Origin: Haliotis cracherodii
Taxonomy: Eukaryota
Length of the DNA: 64,000 bases
Assembly (NCBI RefSeq): GCF_022045235.1
Contig: NW_027266272.1
Location: 13,268,001-13,332,000 of the forward strand
Direction: 5' to 3'
Positions 14,401-26,615 of the stretch are shown here, piece by piece. Within the stretch, counting starts at the first letter, position 1. Every line of letters starts with the position of its first letter. The notes under the pieces were generated by a model. It searched no databases. It had not been told where the DNA came from and saw only the letters and a program-made list of their open reading frames with translations. A program made the position numbers and the translations under genes.

Positions 14401-17400
14401 CGCTGCGGCTGTGACGGGAATAGCATTTGCGTTATTCGCAGGTCAACCCCTAAACATCCTTGGCAGTACTGGACCGATGTTGGTGCTTGAGAAGATTATA
14501 TATGACATCTGCAAGTAAGTAAAAACTGCACCAAATATAGGACATCGAGCAATGTTTACAACTGATATAAATATCTTATATCCTGATGTAATAATAATTA
14601 CTATCTGCAAAATTTTCAACAATTGTAAGAAATGACTGAAACGTGATCTGACCTTCACCTTGCACTTCGTTACCTTCAGGGATCAAGAATGGGACTTCCT
14701 GCCGTTCCGTGCGTGGATTGGTATCTGGACCGCCGGATTCCTTCTTCTGATTGTCATGTGGGATCTGAGCGCTCTCGTCAAGTACATCACTCGTTTCACC
14801 GAAGAAAGTTTCGCCTGTCTTATAGCGCTCATATTCATATACGAGGCGTTCGTCAAACTAGCGGAGATAGGGTCTGAAGAAGCCCCTGTCGAGCTCCACC
14901 CCTCCGGAAACTTCACCCCCCGTGTGTGTCACTGTACCCTCCCCGACACCATCACCACCATGGCTCCCATGCACGACTCCCTCAACCACACCCTCGGCGC
15001 CTCCCTCAACCACACTCTCGGTAACATGACCACTACAATGGCCAGCGTCATGAACAACACTATGGATATGAGCACCCACGGAATGGAACACGAGAACATG
15101 ACCCATCTATCCAAGGAAGAGTGCACGGCGATGTTCGGAACGTGGCACTGTGTCGGTCCCGTCCCTGACGCCTTCATGTTCTCCATCATCCTTTACTTCG
15201 GCACCTTCGGCATCGCCATCTTCTGTGTCACTTTCAAGACCTTCCCCTGCTTCCCGACCTTCGTAAGTATAGCTTGTAAACACAGTCCGATCAACAAGTA
15301 ATACCAATAGTAGTACTATTCCCGAAACAGTCTGGGGGGGGGGGGGGGGGGGGGGGGGGACTCAACCCCAGCATGTTCGCCACTCTAATATTACATGGAC
15401 TTTCGTTCATATGTATCGAGGGCACCCCAATTCACTGTGCAGAGTTGCGTCCCTTGGGCACACCAGAAACCTATGATTGTGGGTTCGAATCCCGGTTCGG
15501 CCCGATTATGTTTCTGGTTTGTCAGCACCATACCCGTGCTCGTGGGTTTCACCGAAGTGGTAAATGTCTGAGACATGCATCACTTGCGGCTTTCCTCCCA
15601 CATGAAGCTGACACGCCGTGATATGACTGGAATACTGTTAAAAGCAGCGTTAAACCCAACTCACTCACTCACCTTTACAGTCTCTATCCCAACGTAATGT
15701 CAATATTTCTTCTCGTTTTCAAAATGGTGTCTTCTCCGACGTCCGTGCGCTCCAGCAATGCTGATTGGTTGTTCTGTTAACAGGTGCGCCAGATTATCAG
15801 CGACTTCGGTGTACTCATCGCCATTGTGTTGATGGTTGTGGTCGATTACCTGCTCGGACTTCCCACACCCAAACTGACCGTGCCAGAGGAGTTCAAGGTA
15901 CATTCCAACTCTCGTCTAATACACTGTGTATTTTATTTAACAAAATCCCCGGACACCGTCTCTTTTTCTATGCAGTCACCATTGGTCATGAATACATTTC
16001 GTGAAGAACTTGGTGGTACACATCCCATTAAACCTTATCATTGACATGAACACATTTTAACTTGTACCTGTTTCTGTGTAGCCCACCCGCTCGGACCGAG
16101 GCTGGTTCATCAACCCTGTCTCTGAGAAGAACCCTTGGTGGTTGGCTCTGGCTGCCGGTCTCCCCGCCATCATTGGCACCATCCTCATCTTCATGGATCA
16201 GCAGATCACCGCTGTCATTGTCAACAGGAAGGAAAACCTCCTCAAGGTCAGTAACGTTCGAACATGACCTTGCAATATTCCGTGCCGACCGTATGTCGAC
16301 CACGTGTCAATTGGCATTGCTTTTCTCACATCAAAACCTTCCATATTTTCTTCAACATCAGAACAAAACATATATATAGCCTGATAAGAACATGCATCTT
16401 ACTACTTAGATCCCTCTGCTTATAAACCCTCATTTTAAACAAACTGACCTCAGCCATACATCATCTCTGATCACACATCTATTTGTCACCGATTCCCTCC
16501 CCAATTTGCAGAAGGGCAAGGGCTATCATCTCGACCTGTTCGTGCTGTGTATCCTGGTCGCTGCCCACTCTCTGCTGGGACTCCCCTGGTACGTCGCCGC
16601 CACTGTGTCCGCCATTGCCCACATCCAGAGTCTCAGGAAGGAGTCGGAATCCACAGCCCCCGGAGACAAACCCGCTTTCCTGGGTGTTAGGTAACTACCC
16701 TTGTGTGACTCAACCCCCAACATCTACCACTGGAAAACCAACCCAGTACATCATTTTCTTAAACTTAACCTTGTAACTGATAAACAAGATCAAATATGTC
16801 CATTTGTAATCCTCGTTCCGCCGGGTACCCTTTTTACAACCTGTATGAAATATATAACCTAACAATGACAGTGAATCCCATTCGATTAGTTTAAGGTTAA
16901 CCATGTCTTTGTATACAGTACTGTTATGGTCATAACAAGTACCGTAATGTAACGGTACATGTTCACCTCAGAAAAGTATAGCCCCGTTAATCCGGCTTCC
17001 TTTAATCGCAGTGATAAATGTTAAGAAATTCAGTACGTACAAAAATGGGCATTCACGATTCTGGCGACCCGTCTGGATAAACGGGTTCATATTATATTCA
17101 TATGTGTAATTACAAGGGAAAATCTATCATTGCGCCTAGCAACTTTATTTGTTGACAACGGGCAGGGCAGTCCACGTGTCAGGGCATACTAACATCGTGA
17201 CATATATATTTGGTTACTGTTTAGGTTTTGAGATCAAAGTTACGTTGCTATGTGATATATACAGTCATAAATTACAAGCAGACACCGTACCCGCTTCTAC
17301 TTCATTATAAACACTCCCACACTGTGCTTTTCCGTCAAGACGGCAAACACACCAGATAACGCCTCGTGCACGTGATTAAAGACCAAAGTTATAAACCGTC

Positions 17401-20400
17401 ATCGTGTTAGACATTAATAAACCGGCCATGTTGATGCAGGTCGTAAATCACGAAAGATGAAATGAACACCTTTTGATGGATGTCATGATGAAACAGACAC
17501 CTGTTTAACATACATTTCATATCTCGCCAGTCTAGCATATACATACAACCTTATTAACATCAGATGTCACCATGCACTACTGTAAAAGTGTACACCGGAC
17601 AATTATCATCGCTTTATCTCATAAACACTGAAGGCTCGCTAACCAAGTAAATACGTATGGTAATAAAAAGTATTTGTGGAGAGTTTCAATTCGTCTCGAC
17701 TAAAGTTCAAAGAAATTCAATGTGTTTGTTATCGACAGGTGATAGCCTCGGGCGTTGGTACTACTTAAATCGATAATATATCTACATCAGTAGGTCATTC
17801 TCATCAACGTCTTCTGTTTGTTTTGCAGAGAACAAAGAGTCACCGCTCTTCTTGTAGGAATCCTCAGTGGTCTGGCTGTGCTCATCACAAATGTCCTGAA
17901 GGTAAATTGACAATGTCTCTTCATGAATATCCTGGATTAATACGTCAACGAATCTGATATAAAGTTCCCCATCGGAATAGGTGATATTTCCGGAATTATG
18001 CTAAAAGCAGCGTAAAACCATACTCACTCGCGATAGGTTACTGGTGTTTTGTTCATCTATCTCTTTGAAGGCAGAACATACAACAGCAACGTTGGTTTCT
18101 TTTGTGCCCTAACTACTGTTTGTTTGTTTGTTTGTTTGTTTGTTGTTTAACGCCGCACTCAGCAATATTCAAGCTATATGACGGCGGTCTGTAAATAATC
18201 GAGTCTTGACCAGACACAGACTTTGTAGGATTTGTAAAACTGATTGTACTGAAGATGAATATCACTTTTTATGTGTATGTCCAGTGTATGAAGATTTAAG
18301 AGCAAAATATCTAAATAACTATTTCTACCGCAGCCCAAACGGTAACAAATTTTGTAAATTAATGACTTGTGATTGTACAGAAACTATTAGAAATCTATCA
18401 ATGTTCATTTATCATGCCATGAAACTAAGAAAATGTATGAATTTGTAACATGCCCCACACATTGTACTATAGGCCTTTGGCCTCATAAGTACCATGAATA
18501 AAGATTGATTGATTGACCAGACAATCCAGTGATTGACATCATCAGCATCGATCCACGTAATCTGGATACGATGACATGCATCAACCAAGTCAGCGAGCCT
18601 GACCACCCGATCCCGTTAGTCGCCTCTTATACGACAAGCAGCCTTATCCACTAACTATTTGACTAGTATTTGTCTGTCTTGTTACTCACGGTGTCGTTGT
18701 GTTACAGGTCATTCCTATGCCTGTGCTATATGGTGTCTTCTTCTACATGGGATTCTCGGCCCTCAAGGGAATGCAGGTAAGACTCAGACCCTCTCAGACA
18801 CCTTTCATCCGAGCACACTAACCGTCCGGCTACCCATGTCATACAGCAAAATGTCTATCTATATGTATATAGAGAACCGTCTATGTTGTCTAGATACATC
18901 TATTTATATCGTTGTGTATCTCACAGTGTTCTGGGGAGTTCTTTAGCCACACCAGGATCCGATGACCATGAGTTCGAATCCCATAATTGCCCATTGTGTC
19001 ATCCGCCGTGATATTGCTTTAAAATATTGCTGGTGTAAAACAATATTCACTCAGTCCTCATTAAACATTATAACTGACATTATATTTGTTCCGACCAGAT
19101 GATAATCAATCATTCACAAATCAAGTTTTAGTTTGTCGACATGTATAGCCTGTCTCTCTGGTTATATATCACATGTATGTTTTCTGTTACAGTTTATCGA
19201 CCGGTTGCTCCTGTTCTTCATGCCCAGCAAGTATCAGCCCGATTACCCCTACCTACGTCACGTCCGTCTCTGGCGCGTACACATCTTCACCTTCGTCCAG
19301 ATCCTCTGCTTGGTGGCTCTGTGGGTCGTAAAGAGCATCAAGAGCATCTCCATCGGCTTCCCCCTCCTGGTACGTCATCATCTACGACACAACAGTGACA
19401 TCTGCGTTGCAGTGTACCCAATATTACTGCACAAACTAAACGTTGTCACCGTTGTCCAGTGGACCCAGTCGCAGTATATTACTGTGCAGAGTTGTGCCCC
19501 TTAGTCGAGCTAGGTCCTGGGTTCGAATCCCAATTTCGATTCAATGCTTGGTCCTTCACATCCGTGGTCTTCGGTTTACCAAACTTGTAAACTCTACAAC
19601 CTCCAACACAGGATAACCTGCCGCCCTCATCCGGGATATAATTTGTAGTTCTGTTCATACCCGCCCAAATCACCATCGTTATTTAAGACTGGTCTTCACA
19701 AACCAAGACGATCGATTTCTTTGTTTGTTTGTTTTTTAACGCCTCACTCAGCAATAATCCAGCTATATGACGGCGGTCTGTGTAAATAATCGAGACAATC
19801 CAGTGATTGACATCATTAGCATCGATCCACGCAATACGATGACATGCATCAACCAAGTCAGCGAGCCTGACCACCCGATCCCTCGTCGCCTCTAACAACA
19901 AGCATAGTCGCCTTTTACGGCAAGCATGGGTTGCTGGAGGCCAATTCTACCCGGATCTTCACGACATTGATGCTTAGAAGACATATGTATTGGATATAAG
20001 TATTCAAAAAAACGAACTGTGTCACGTGCTTCAATGTGTATGTAAATGATTTGCAAATGAATATGAACTTACATTAAACAACACGACCATTAATCAACAA
20101 TGTAACTTTCGTCGACAGGTTGTGTTCACCGGCGTAGTCAGGAAGATCTTAGACTGTGTGTTCAGCCAATATGAGCTGAAGTACCTGGACGACCTCCTCC
20201 CCAACTCAAAGAAAGACAAGGTCAAGGACTCCGAGAAGGTAAGGAGACAATCTCCGACTGTACATTTTAACAAGGAGCAGGAATTGGAATAGTTTAAACA
20301 TTTAAAAAAAAACCAGACCGGTTTCGTAACAAGGTTGGTCGTGTCATCGAGTTACCATCAAAATAAATATAATACTTTGAGGTAAATGTGTAAATATTCA

Positions 20401-20703
20401 ACTAATACATGCGCGATGTTATGTAGCACACGAACGCAAGTGACAAATGTGTGTTTCTGTCGTAAATGTATGTCTCAATACCCGACTAATCCATGTGGTA
20501 AATTCAGGCTCTTGTTTTAGAATGAAAAGTCGGAACCAGCTTTCAAAAACATTAACGGAAACGGCCTTGACAAACACAACATCGTTGGCTCGGACGAGAA
20601 GAAACATGCCTTCTACATCAGCAACGAAAGCCACGACTACGACAACGCTTATAAAAGAAAAGGGGAGGGCATCCGTAACAACGCCTTCGACACCAAACTG
20701 TGA
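5472..20703 (+). CDS. SLC4-family Na+-coupled bicarbonate transporter (NBC/NDCBE-like), multi-exon, about 1082 aa
   Basis: GT-AG exons with consistent phases: 5472-5541 (putative first exon, lower confidence), 9886-9981, 10685-10856, 11077-11237, 11681-11836, 12408-12763, 13324-13589, 13724-13898, 14381-14514, 14680-15262, 15784-15897, 16082-16246, 16512-16690, 17829-17901, 18708-18776, 19193-19369, 20119-20238, 20521-20703. Total 3249 nt, divisible by 3. SLC4 motifs: [83 protein letters not shown] (Na-coupled subgroup), [32 protein letters not shown]. Four-Cys extracellular loop 3. Exact vertebrate orthologue not assignable. Confidence 0.95.
9398..9560. mobile_element. Tc1/pogo-like MITE fragment
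   Basis: Repeated and inverted gttcgttataac motifs, ending actgta. Confidence 0.6.
9684..9848 (+). mobile_element. SINE family 1, full length
   Basis: Near-identical to the 1230 copy; TSD tctgatgacgtc at 9671 and 9848. Confidence 0.92.
10369..10632 (+). mobile_element. SINE-like family 2 (non-tRNA head, about 260 bp, (aaac)n tail)
   Basis: gacccgt.aagatcc...tgcttgtcgtaagaggcgactaa...gagtgcggcg.taaacaac(aaac)n; TSD tatgtaaaca; more than 12 copies or fragments in the window. Confidence 0.88.
11958..12113 (+). mobile_element. SINE family 1, diverged
   Basis: Colinear similarity to the family consensus. Confidence 0.8.
13109..13250 (+). mobile_element. SINE family 1, internally deleted
   Basis: Consensus match; TSD ctatatcctata. 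Confidence 0.88.
13933..14085 (+). mobile_element. SINE family 1
   Basis: Consensus match in an SLC4 intron. Confidence 0.85.
15421..15672 (+). mobile_element. tRNA-derived SINE family 3 (about 285 bp), 5'-truncated
   Basis: B box gggttcgaatccc, body ggctttc(c)tcccac, shared tail plus (actc)n. Confidence 0.85.
18117..18640 (-). mobile_element. SINE family 2 interrupted by a LINE fragment
   Basis: Reverse-complement consensus split at ttgaccagaca. Confidence 0.85.
18217..18512 (+). mobile_element. 5'-truncated non-LTR retrotransposon 3' end (RTE-X/CR1-group-like)
   Basis: C-terminal zinc-knuckle-like RLCRICK...[23 protein letters not shown]+(gatt)n tail, TSD ttgaccagaca at 18206 and 18513; clade tentative. 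Confidence 0.85.
19721..19963 (-). mobile_element. SINE family 2
   Basis: Reverse-complement consensus match. Confidence 0.85.
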
Positions 20704-21668
20704 TTCACTTCAACAACCAAAGCTATATAAATACAGCATTGTGACTACGCATGCGCGACCTCCCTTTCCGGGTACCTGTTTACCGACTGGTGTTCATTCG
20801 GTAGTTCGCGGTACTTTCCGACATCTCAGTTCATGCAACTCGGAAAATCAGCTGATCAGTTGATAATGGTATTTGGAAATTGCGGAATGAATATGATTTG
20901 GCATAATTGGGCAGAACTCTTGTGATGTTTATATTTTTTGGAAGACAATCTCATAACCCTTGTATATATACACATCTTCCAGCGCGTAAAACGCAATAAG
21001 TTAATCAACAAGATACCAGTTTTTACACGCAACAACGAATATGCCAGCAGGTCAGTTTATGTTAATATTATGTTTCAAATGTTTACTGCTATGATACACA
21101 AGTATATATAGCACGCTGTTGTCTATTTTTATACATCCTAGCTAGATCTACTTTTGTACATAAACACTCTTATCTTGAGCTCTAGCATACTTCAACTAGA
21201 GCCCTACCCTACTTAAGCTAAAGCAACGGGCTGTGGTGACAATCTGGTTATCCAATGCAATGCATATGCAGTTCACAACTTTAACAAAAATTATATTTTA
21301 AAAAAGTTGGGATAAAGGATATTTTGTATTGTTTGTATTACATTTTTGGCAAGATCCAAAAATATTTTTGGAAATGTAACATACGTGGGTTAGCAAAGAC
21401 GGAGCACCACCGCGGCTCCGAGTCTTTCAGTGTAATTCTGGAGCAAGGCGGTGTGTGAAGAGGATGGAAATTCTTCAATTGTATGGGTGTAGAAATAGCC
21501 TTGCTGTATTGAGTGAGGTTGGATCTGGACTTACAATGACTTACATTTCAGGTTTCTGCGGGTATATGAAAATCAGTTGTATATTTTTTTAAGTTGAAAC
21601 TTTTCTGAATGATTACACGAGATTTTATAATTTAAATTGTAAATACTTGTTACTTGCATTTATTCAGG

Positions 21669-21674
21669 AATAAA
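21669..21674 (+). promoter_or_regulatory. candidate polyadenylation signal of the SLC4 gene
   Basis: AATAAA about 970 nt after the stop codon, followed by a T-rich tract. Confidence 0.45.
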
Positions 21675-21734
21675 TGAATTTTTTTTGCAATTATTTTTTG
21701 TTTTTTAATTCTTCAAATCTTACACAGTAAAGAT

Positions 21735-21952
21735 TGTTTCTTGTCTAACGCCGCACTCAGCAATATTCCAGCTGTATGACAGCGGTCTGGACCAGACAAT
21801 CCAGTGATTGACATCATGAGCATCGATCTACACAATTGGGATACGATGACATGCATCAACCAAGTCAGCAAGCCTGACCATCCGATCCCGTTAGGCGCCC
21901 CTTACAAGCATGTGTTGCTGAAGACCAATTTTAAATCGGATCTTCTAAGGGT
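21735..21952 (-). mobile_element. SINE family 2
   Basis: Reverse-complement consensus match. Confidence 0.8.
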
Positions 21953-22280
21953 GGCACACATGTCACGTGACCTGCGACGTGCTCACATTCATTGTTAGAG
22001 CTCATCAGCTGACAACTTTAGACTATGAATGAGCAACATAACACTGATTACGGCACACTCATAACATATACAATAACACTAACTAAGGCACACTCATGAT
22101 ATGTAAAATAACACTGACTAAGGCACACTGGTTCCCGTTCATAAACTGATAGAGGGTCACAGATGGCATAGTGGTCTAAGGCGACGCATTTCACATTATG
22201 ATCCGATCATCACTGTACAACTGACATAGTTAAATGCCGGGTAAGACTAGGAACGATGGTTTAACTACTCGTAGCTTAAC

Positions 22281-22442
22281 GAGTAAGTGAGTATGGTTTT
22301 ACGCCGCTTTTAGCAATATTCCAGCAATATCACGCAGGGGACAACAGAAATGAGCTTCACATAATGTACCCATGTGGGAAATAGAACCCGGGTCTTCGGC
22401 GTGATGAATATCGCTTTATCCACTGGGCTACCCTACTGCCCT
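22281..22442 (-). mobile_element. SINE family 1
   Basis: Reverse-complement consensus match. Confidence 0.85.
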
Positions 22443-23179
22443 CGTTGCAAAACAACCTACATGTAGGTTCACTGAGGTGTAAAGAGACGCCCCTTAATGG
22501 CAATATGTTATGAGGAGTCATGAAGTATTTCAAGGCGAACATAACGTCATTATGTGTTAGCATGACTGATGATGTATTATTGAAAGTTAGCTGTGCTTAT
22601 GCACCACTATTTATTGCCTACGTGGTGAAGATACGAGTGGTAAGATACTAAATCCGTACGTCACACGTGTGTCGTACAAGGTTGACTTCGTGTTATTTGT
22701 TTTGATTGGATAACCGTGACCTGTGACACCGGAACTACTTTTTTAATTCATAAAATCGCGAGAAGGAATCTCATGAAAGCGAGAGGCGTTTACAAACACT
22801 TTATTAAACCACACAAGCTAGACACACGCAGGTAAATTCGCTTTGCATTCTGTATTAGTTATACATAGAGCTACTACAGACATTATGTAATCGAGCTAAA
22901 TGGTATATGTCGTCGCATTCGATCAGTCAGATACCAAAGAAAGTCTACCCGTTTCGTAAAATTTGTATCTAACGAGAATGAGTGCAGAATCCTCTATATA
23001 TCTAATGCCAACTTCTTCTTTTTTGTGTGTGGGGGCTGGGGCTGGGCTGGGGCGGGGGTGGGGTTTGGGGGGGTGGGGGGTGGGGGTGGGGTTTGTGCCC
23101 ATTTTTACCATCGTGTGGCTTTGGTCACGGAACGAATGTATACTGTCTTCAGTCATTTGTGACTTGGTATCCTGATTGT

Positions 23180-24135
23180 CATTGTTGGTTGTGACTCCTG
23201 AGTATAATCCTTGGTTGTGACTCCTGAGTATAATCCTTGGCTGTCACTCATGATTATCATTCTTGATTATGACTCATGATTATAATCCTTGGTTGTGACT
23301 CCTGAGTATAATCCTTGGCTCTCACTCCTGATTATCATTCTTGGATATTACTCCTCATTATAGTGAGTGAGTTAGGTTTAACGCCGCTTTAAACAGTATT
23401 CCAGTTATATCACGGCGTGTCAGCTTAATGTGGGAGGAAAGCCCGAAGTGATGCAGGTCTCAGACGTTTACCACTTCGGTGAAACCCACGAGCACGGGTA
23501 TGGTGCTGACAAACCTAGAAACATAATCGGGGCGAACCGGGATTCGAACCCACAATCATAGGTTTCTGGCGTGTCCAAGGGACGTAACTCTACACAGCGA
23601 ATCGCGGCGCCTTAGACGACTGGGCCACCCGTGCCCCACTCCTCATTATAATCCTTTGTTGTGATTCCTGAGTATAATCCTTGGCTGTCACTCATGATTA
23701 TCATTCTTGGATATTACTCCTCATTATAATCCTTTGTTGTGACTCCTGAGTATAATCCTTGGCTGTCATTCGTGATTATCATTCTTGGATATTACTCCTC
23801 ATTATAATCCTTTGTTGTGACTCCTGATTCTCATTCTTGGAAATGACTTCTGATTAACCCTTATTGCCATTCTTGGATATGAGTCATGATTATCATTCTT
23901 GGTTCTGACTTCTGATTATAATTCTTATTGCCATTCTTGGATATTACTCCTCATTATGATCCTTGGTTGTGACGCCTTATTGTCATTCTTGGTTATACCT
24001 CTTGATCATTAGCCTTGATTATTACTCCTGATTATAATCCTTGGTTATACTTCCTGGTTACAATCTTTGTCTATGGCTCCTGATTATAATCTTTGATTGT
24101 GACTCCTGATTATAATCCTTGGTTATGAATATCAT
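23180..24135. repeat. about 24-bp minisatellite (tgactcctgattataatccttggt)
   Basis: Degenerate tandem copies interrupted by a SINE. Confidence 0.9.
23363..23637 (-). mobile_element. SINE family 3, full length, inserted in a minisatellite
   Basis: TSD actcctcattata; tRNA-Leu-like head gtggcccagtcgtctaaggcgc. Confidence 0.9.
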
Positions 24136-24730
24136 GATAATAATCATTGACAGGGTGGCACTGTCATCTACGCGATTTGGGCCTCTTATTCATGCCAGGC
24201 ACCTGTTATAGTGTGTTCGAATCCCGATTCACCCTGATTGGTTTGTCAGCACCACGTCCGTGCTTGTTGATGTCATCAAAGTGGTAAGCGCCTAAGACCT
24301 GCGTCATTTCGGGTTTTACTTTAACATCAAGCTGACACGCCATGATATGATATTCCACGACTGGATTACTGTTCAAAGCCGTGTCACATTCAACTTACTC
24401 ACTTCTTTTACCCGAAAAGAAGACTAACACGCTGAGTGAGATGGTGTTTATGTTTCTTATTTATGTGAACATTTTAAATGCACCTAATACACACCCGAAA
24501 GCATGCTCAAAGCGTTGCGTTGTTATCCCGGTCAGTGGATGAACTCCCTGGGGAGTATACATTCCAAACTGCATGTGAGGCACTAGAACAGTGACATTAC
24601 CATCTCATTCTACCGGGTACCCCATTCACTGCTGGGTGAACAAAGGCATATTTTAAACAAAGTCATTCTACTACTGATAATACGAGACGATCAACCTACC
24701 TAGCTATGTACCCAAAGAGATACGCAACAC

Positions 24731-25005
24731 GGGGGCACGGGTGGCCCAGTTGTCTAAGGCGCCGCGATTCTCCGTGCAGGGGTGCGTCCCTTGGGTACGC
24801 CATAAACCTATGATTGTGGGTTCGAATCCCGGTTCGCCCCGATTATGTTTCTAGGTTTGTCAGCACCATACACGTGCACGTCTGAGACCTGCATCACTTC
24901 TGGCTTTCCTCCCACATTAAGCTGACACGCCGTGATATGACTGGAATACTGTTAAAAGCGGCGATAAACACTCACTCACTCACCCACCCACCCATTCACT
25001 CACTC
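24731..25005 (+). mobile_element. SINE family 3 running into the assembly gap
   Basis: Consensus match. Confidence 0.88.
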
Positions 25006-25137
25006 NNNNNNNNNNNNNNNNNNNNNNNNNNNNNNNNNNNNNNNNNNNNNNNNNNNNNNNNNNNNNNNNNNNNNNNNNNNNNNNNNNNNNNNNNNNNNNN
25101 NNNNNNNNNNNNNNNNNNNNNNNNNNNNNNNNNNNNN
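25006..25137. other. assembly gap (132 N)
   Basis: Run of n. Confidence 1.
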
Positions 25138-26276
25138 GGCAAAGGAAAGTTTACTCAACACCCAGTTTTGATGGTGGCTTAAAATAAAAAAGCAAGAAAA
25201 GGTTATTTGGTGCTGTATTTCATCCGGATACCACAGTTATATTTTGGACCTTAAGTTTGCTGTGTTTCCGTGACTGTTTTCAGCCAATTAAAGTTTTGAT
25301 AACGTTGTATTTTTTGGCCAAATCCAATTTTCAAGTGTGTCCTTTCTTTTACCCGTCAGTCTAGTCTCTAGATGTGATTGAAATGCTTTTATCCTCATTC
25401 ACTGACCCCCTTCAGAAGTCGAGTGAGATTGATATTTTTATAGGAAAACCACAGCTGCAGCTGCAGCTGATAATGGAAACAAAAGTTCATTTGATTTATG
25501 TATCACTTTAATTCGAGCAATGAAGCCAGATTTCACATTCCGATAAGGCGTATCGCCAAACGACGCGTGAGATAGCTCCGCTAGCTACCCATAGTCACGA
25601 ACCGTGACGTCTAAACTGCTGCGCAGTACTTAGGGAAACAGTATCTCCGCCGCATCAGTGTACCCGAGGATAACTGTGACCCTGGCATGTTGTTAATGTC
25701 CGTGCCTGAACCCACGCTTGGAGTTCAGGGAAGGTGACTTTACCCTGTGATGGCTGACATTGACATTGCCCTGATCTGAAGGTGCCCGCCGATTTACTGG
25801 AGCGGTGCGAGCGGAAAGGCCATGGGTAGCGTCGATAGGAAATTCCTTCGTACAAATATGCTGTAAAACATGACAGGATGTTTCATTGTTAACAGGGCAG
25901 GTTGGGTGGCCTGGTGGTTAGGACATCTGGGTCTGGGTTCGATTCGCCACATGGGTACAATGTATGAGTGAGTGAGTGAGTGAGTTGGGTTTAACGCCGC
26001 TTTTAACAGTATTCCAGTTATATCACGGCGTGTCAGCTTAATGTGGGAGGAAAGCCCGAAGTACAATGTATGAAGATATGTTAGAAGCTGATACAGAAAG
26101 GTTTTTGCAACGATATGTGATGATGGCTGAAACCTGGATTCACCACTGCCAGCCAAACAACAATCTGTTAGTTCTTGATCACAACTCGTTTCTCAAGTGT
26201 GTCCATTTTACAAAATGTAATGCCACAGAACCAGCATTCAATTAATCCATTGACTCAATATACCTCTATTACATCA

Positions 26277-26615
26277 GGGGCAGTCGGACAGCCTCGTGGT
26301 TAAAGCGTTTGCTCGTCACGCCGAAAACCCGTGTCGGGAATCGAACCCGCGTCTTCGGCGTGACGAGCGAACGCTTTAACCACTAGGCTATCCTACCGCC
26401 CCTGTGAAATGTGAGTAGGACAGACTCACAGACCAGGTGACAACTGGGATCATACCTCCATGTCAGAAGGGGCGGTCGGGTAGCCTAGTGGTTAAAGTGT
26501 TCACTCGTCACGCCCAAGACCCGGGTTCGATTCCCGACATGGGTACATTGTGTGAAGTCCATTTCTGGTATATTGATAGCAGTGGCCTAAAAGCATACTC
26601 ACTCACTCACTCACT
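26277..26615. mobile_element. composite of SINE family 1 pieces (+ head, - head, spacer, + copy)
   Basis: Inverted head pair at 26277-26402, then a + copy from 26469; outer TSD ctat(t/g)acatca. Confidence 0.8.
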
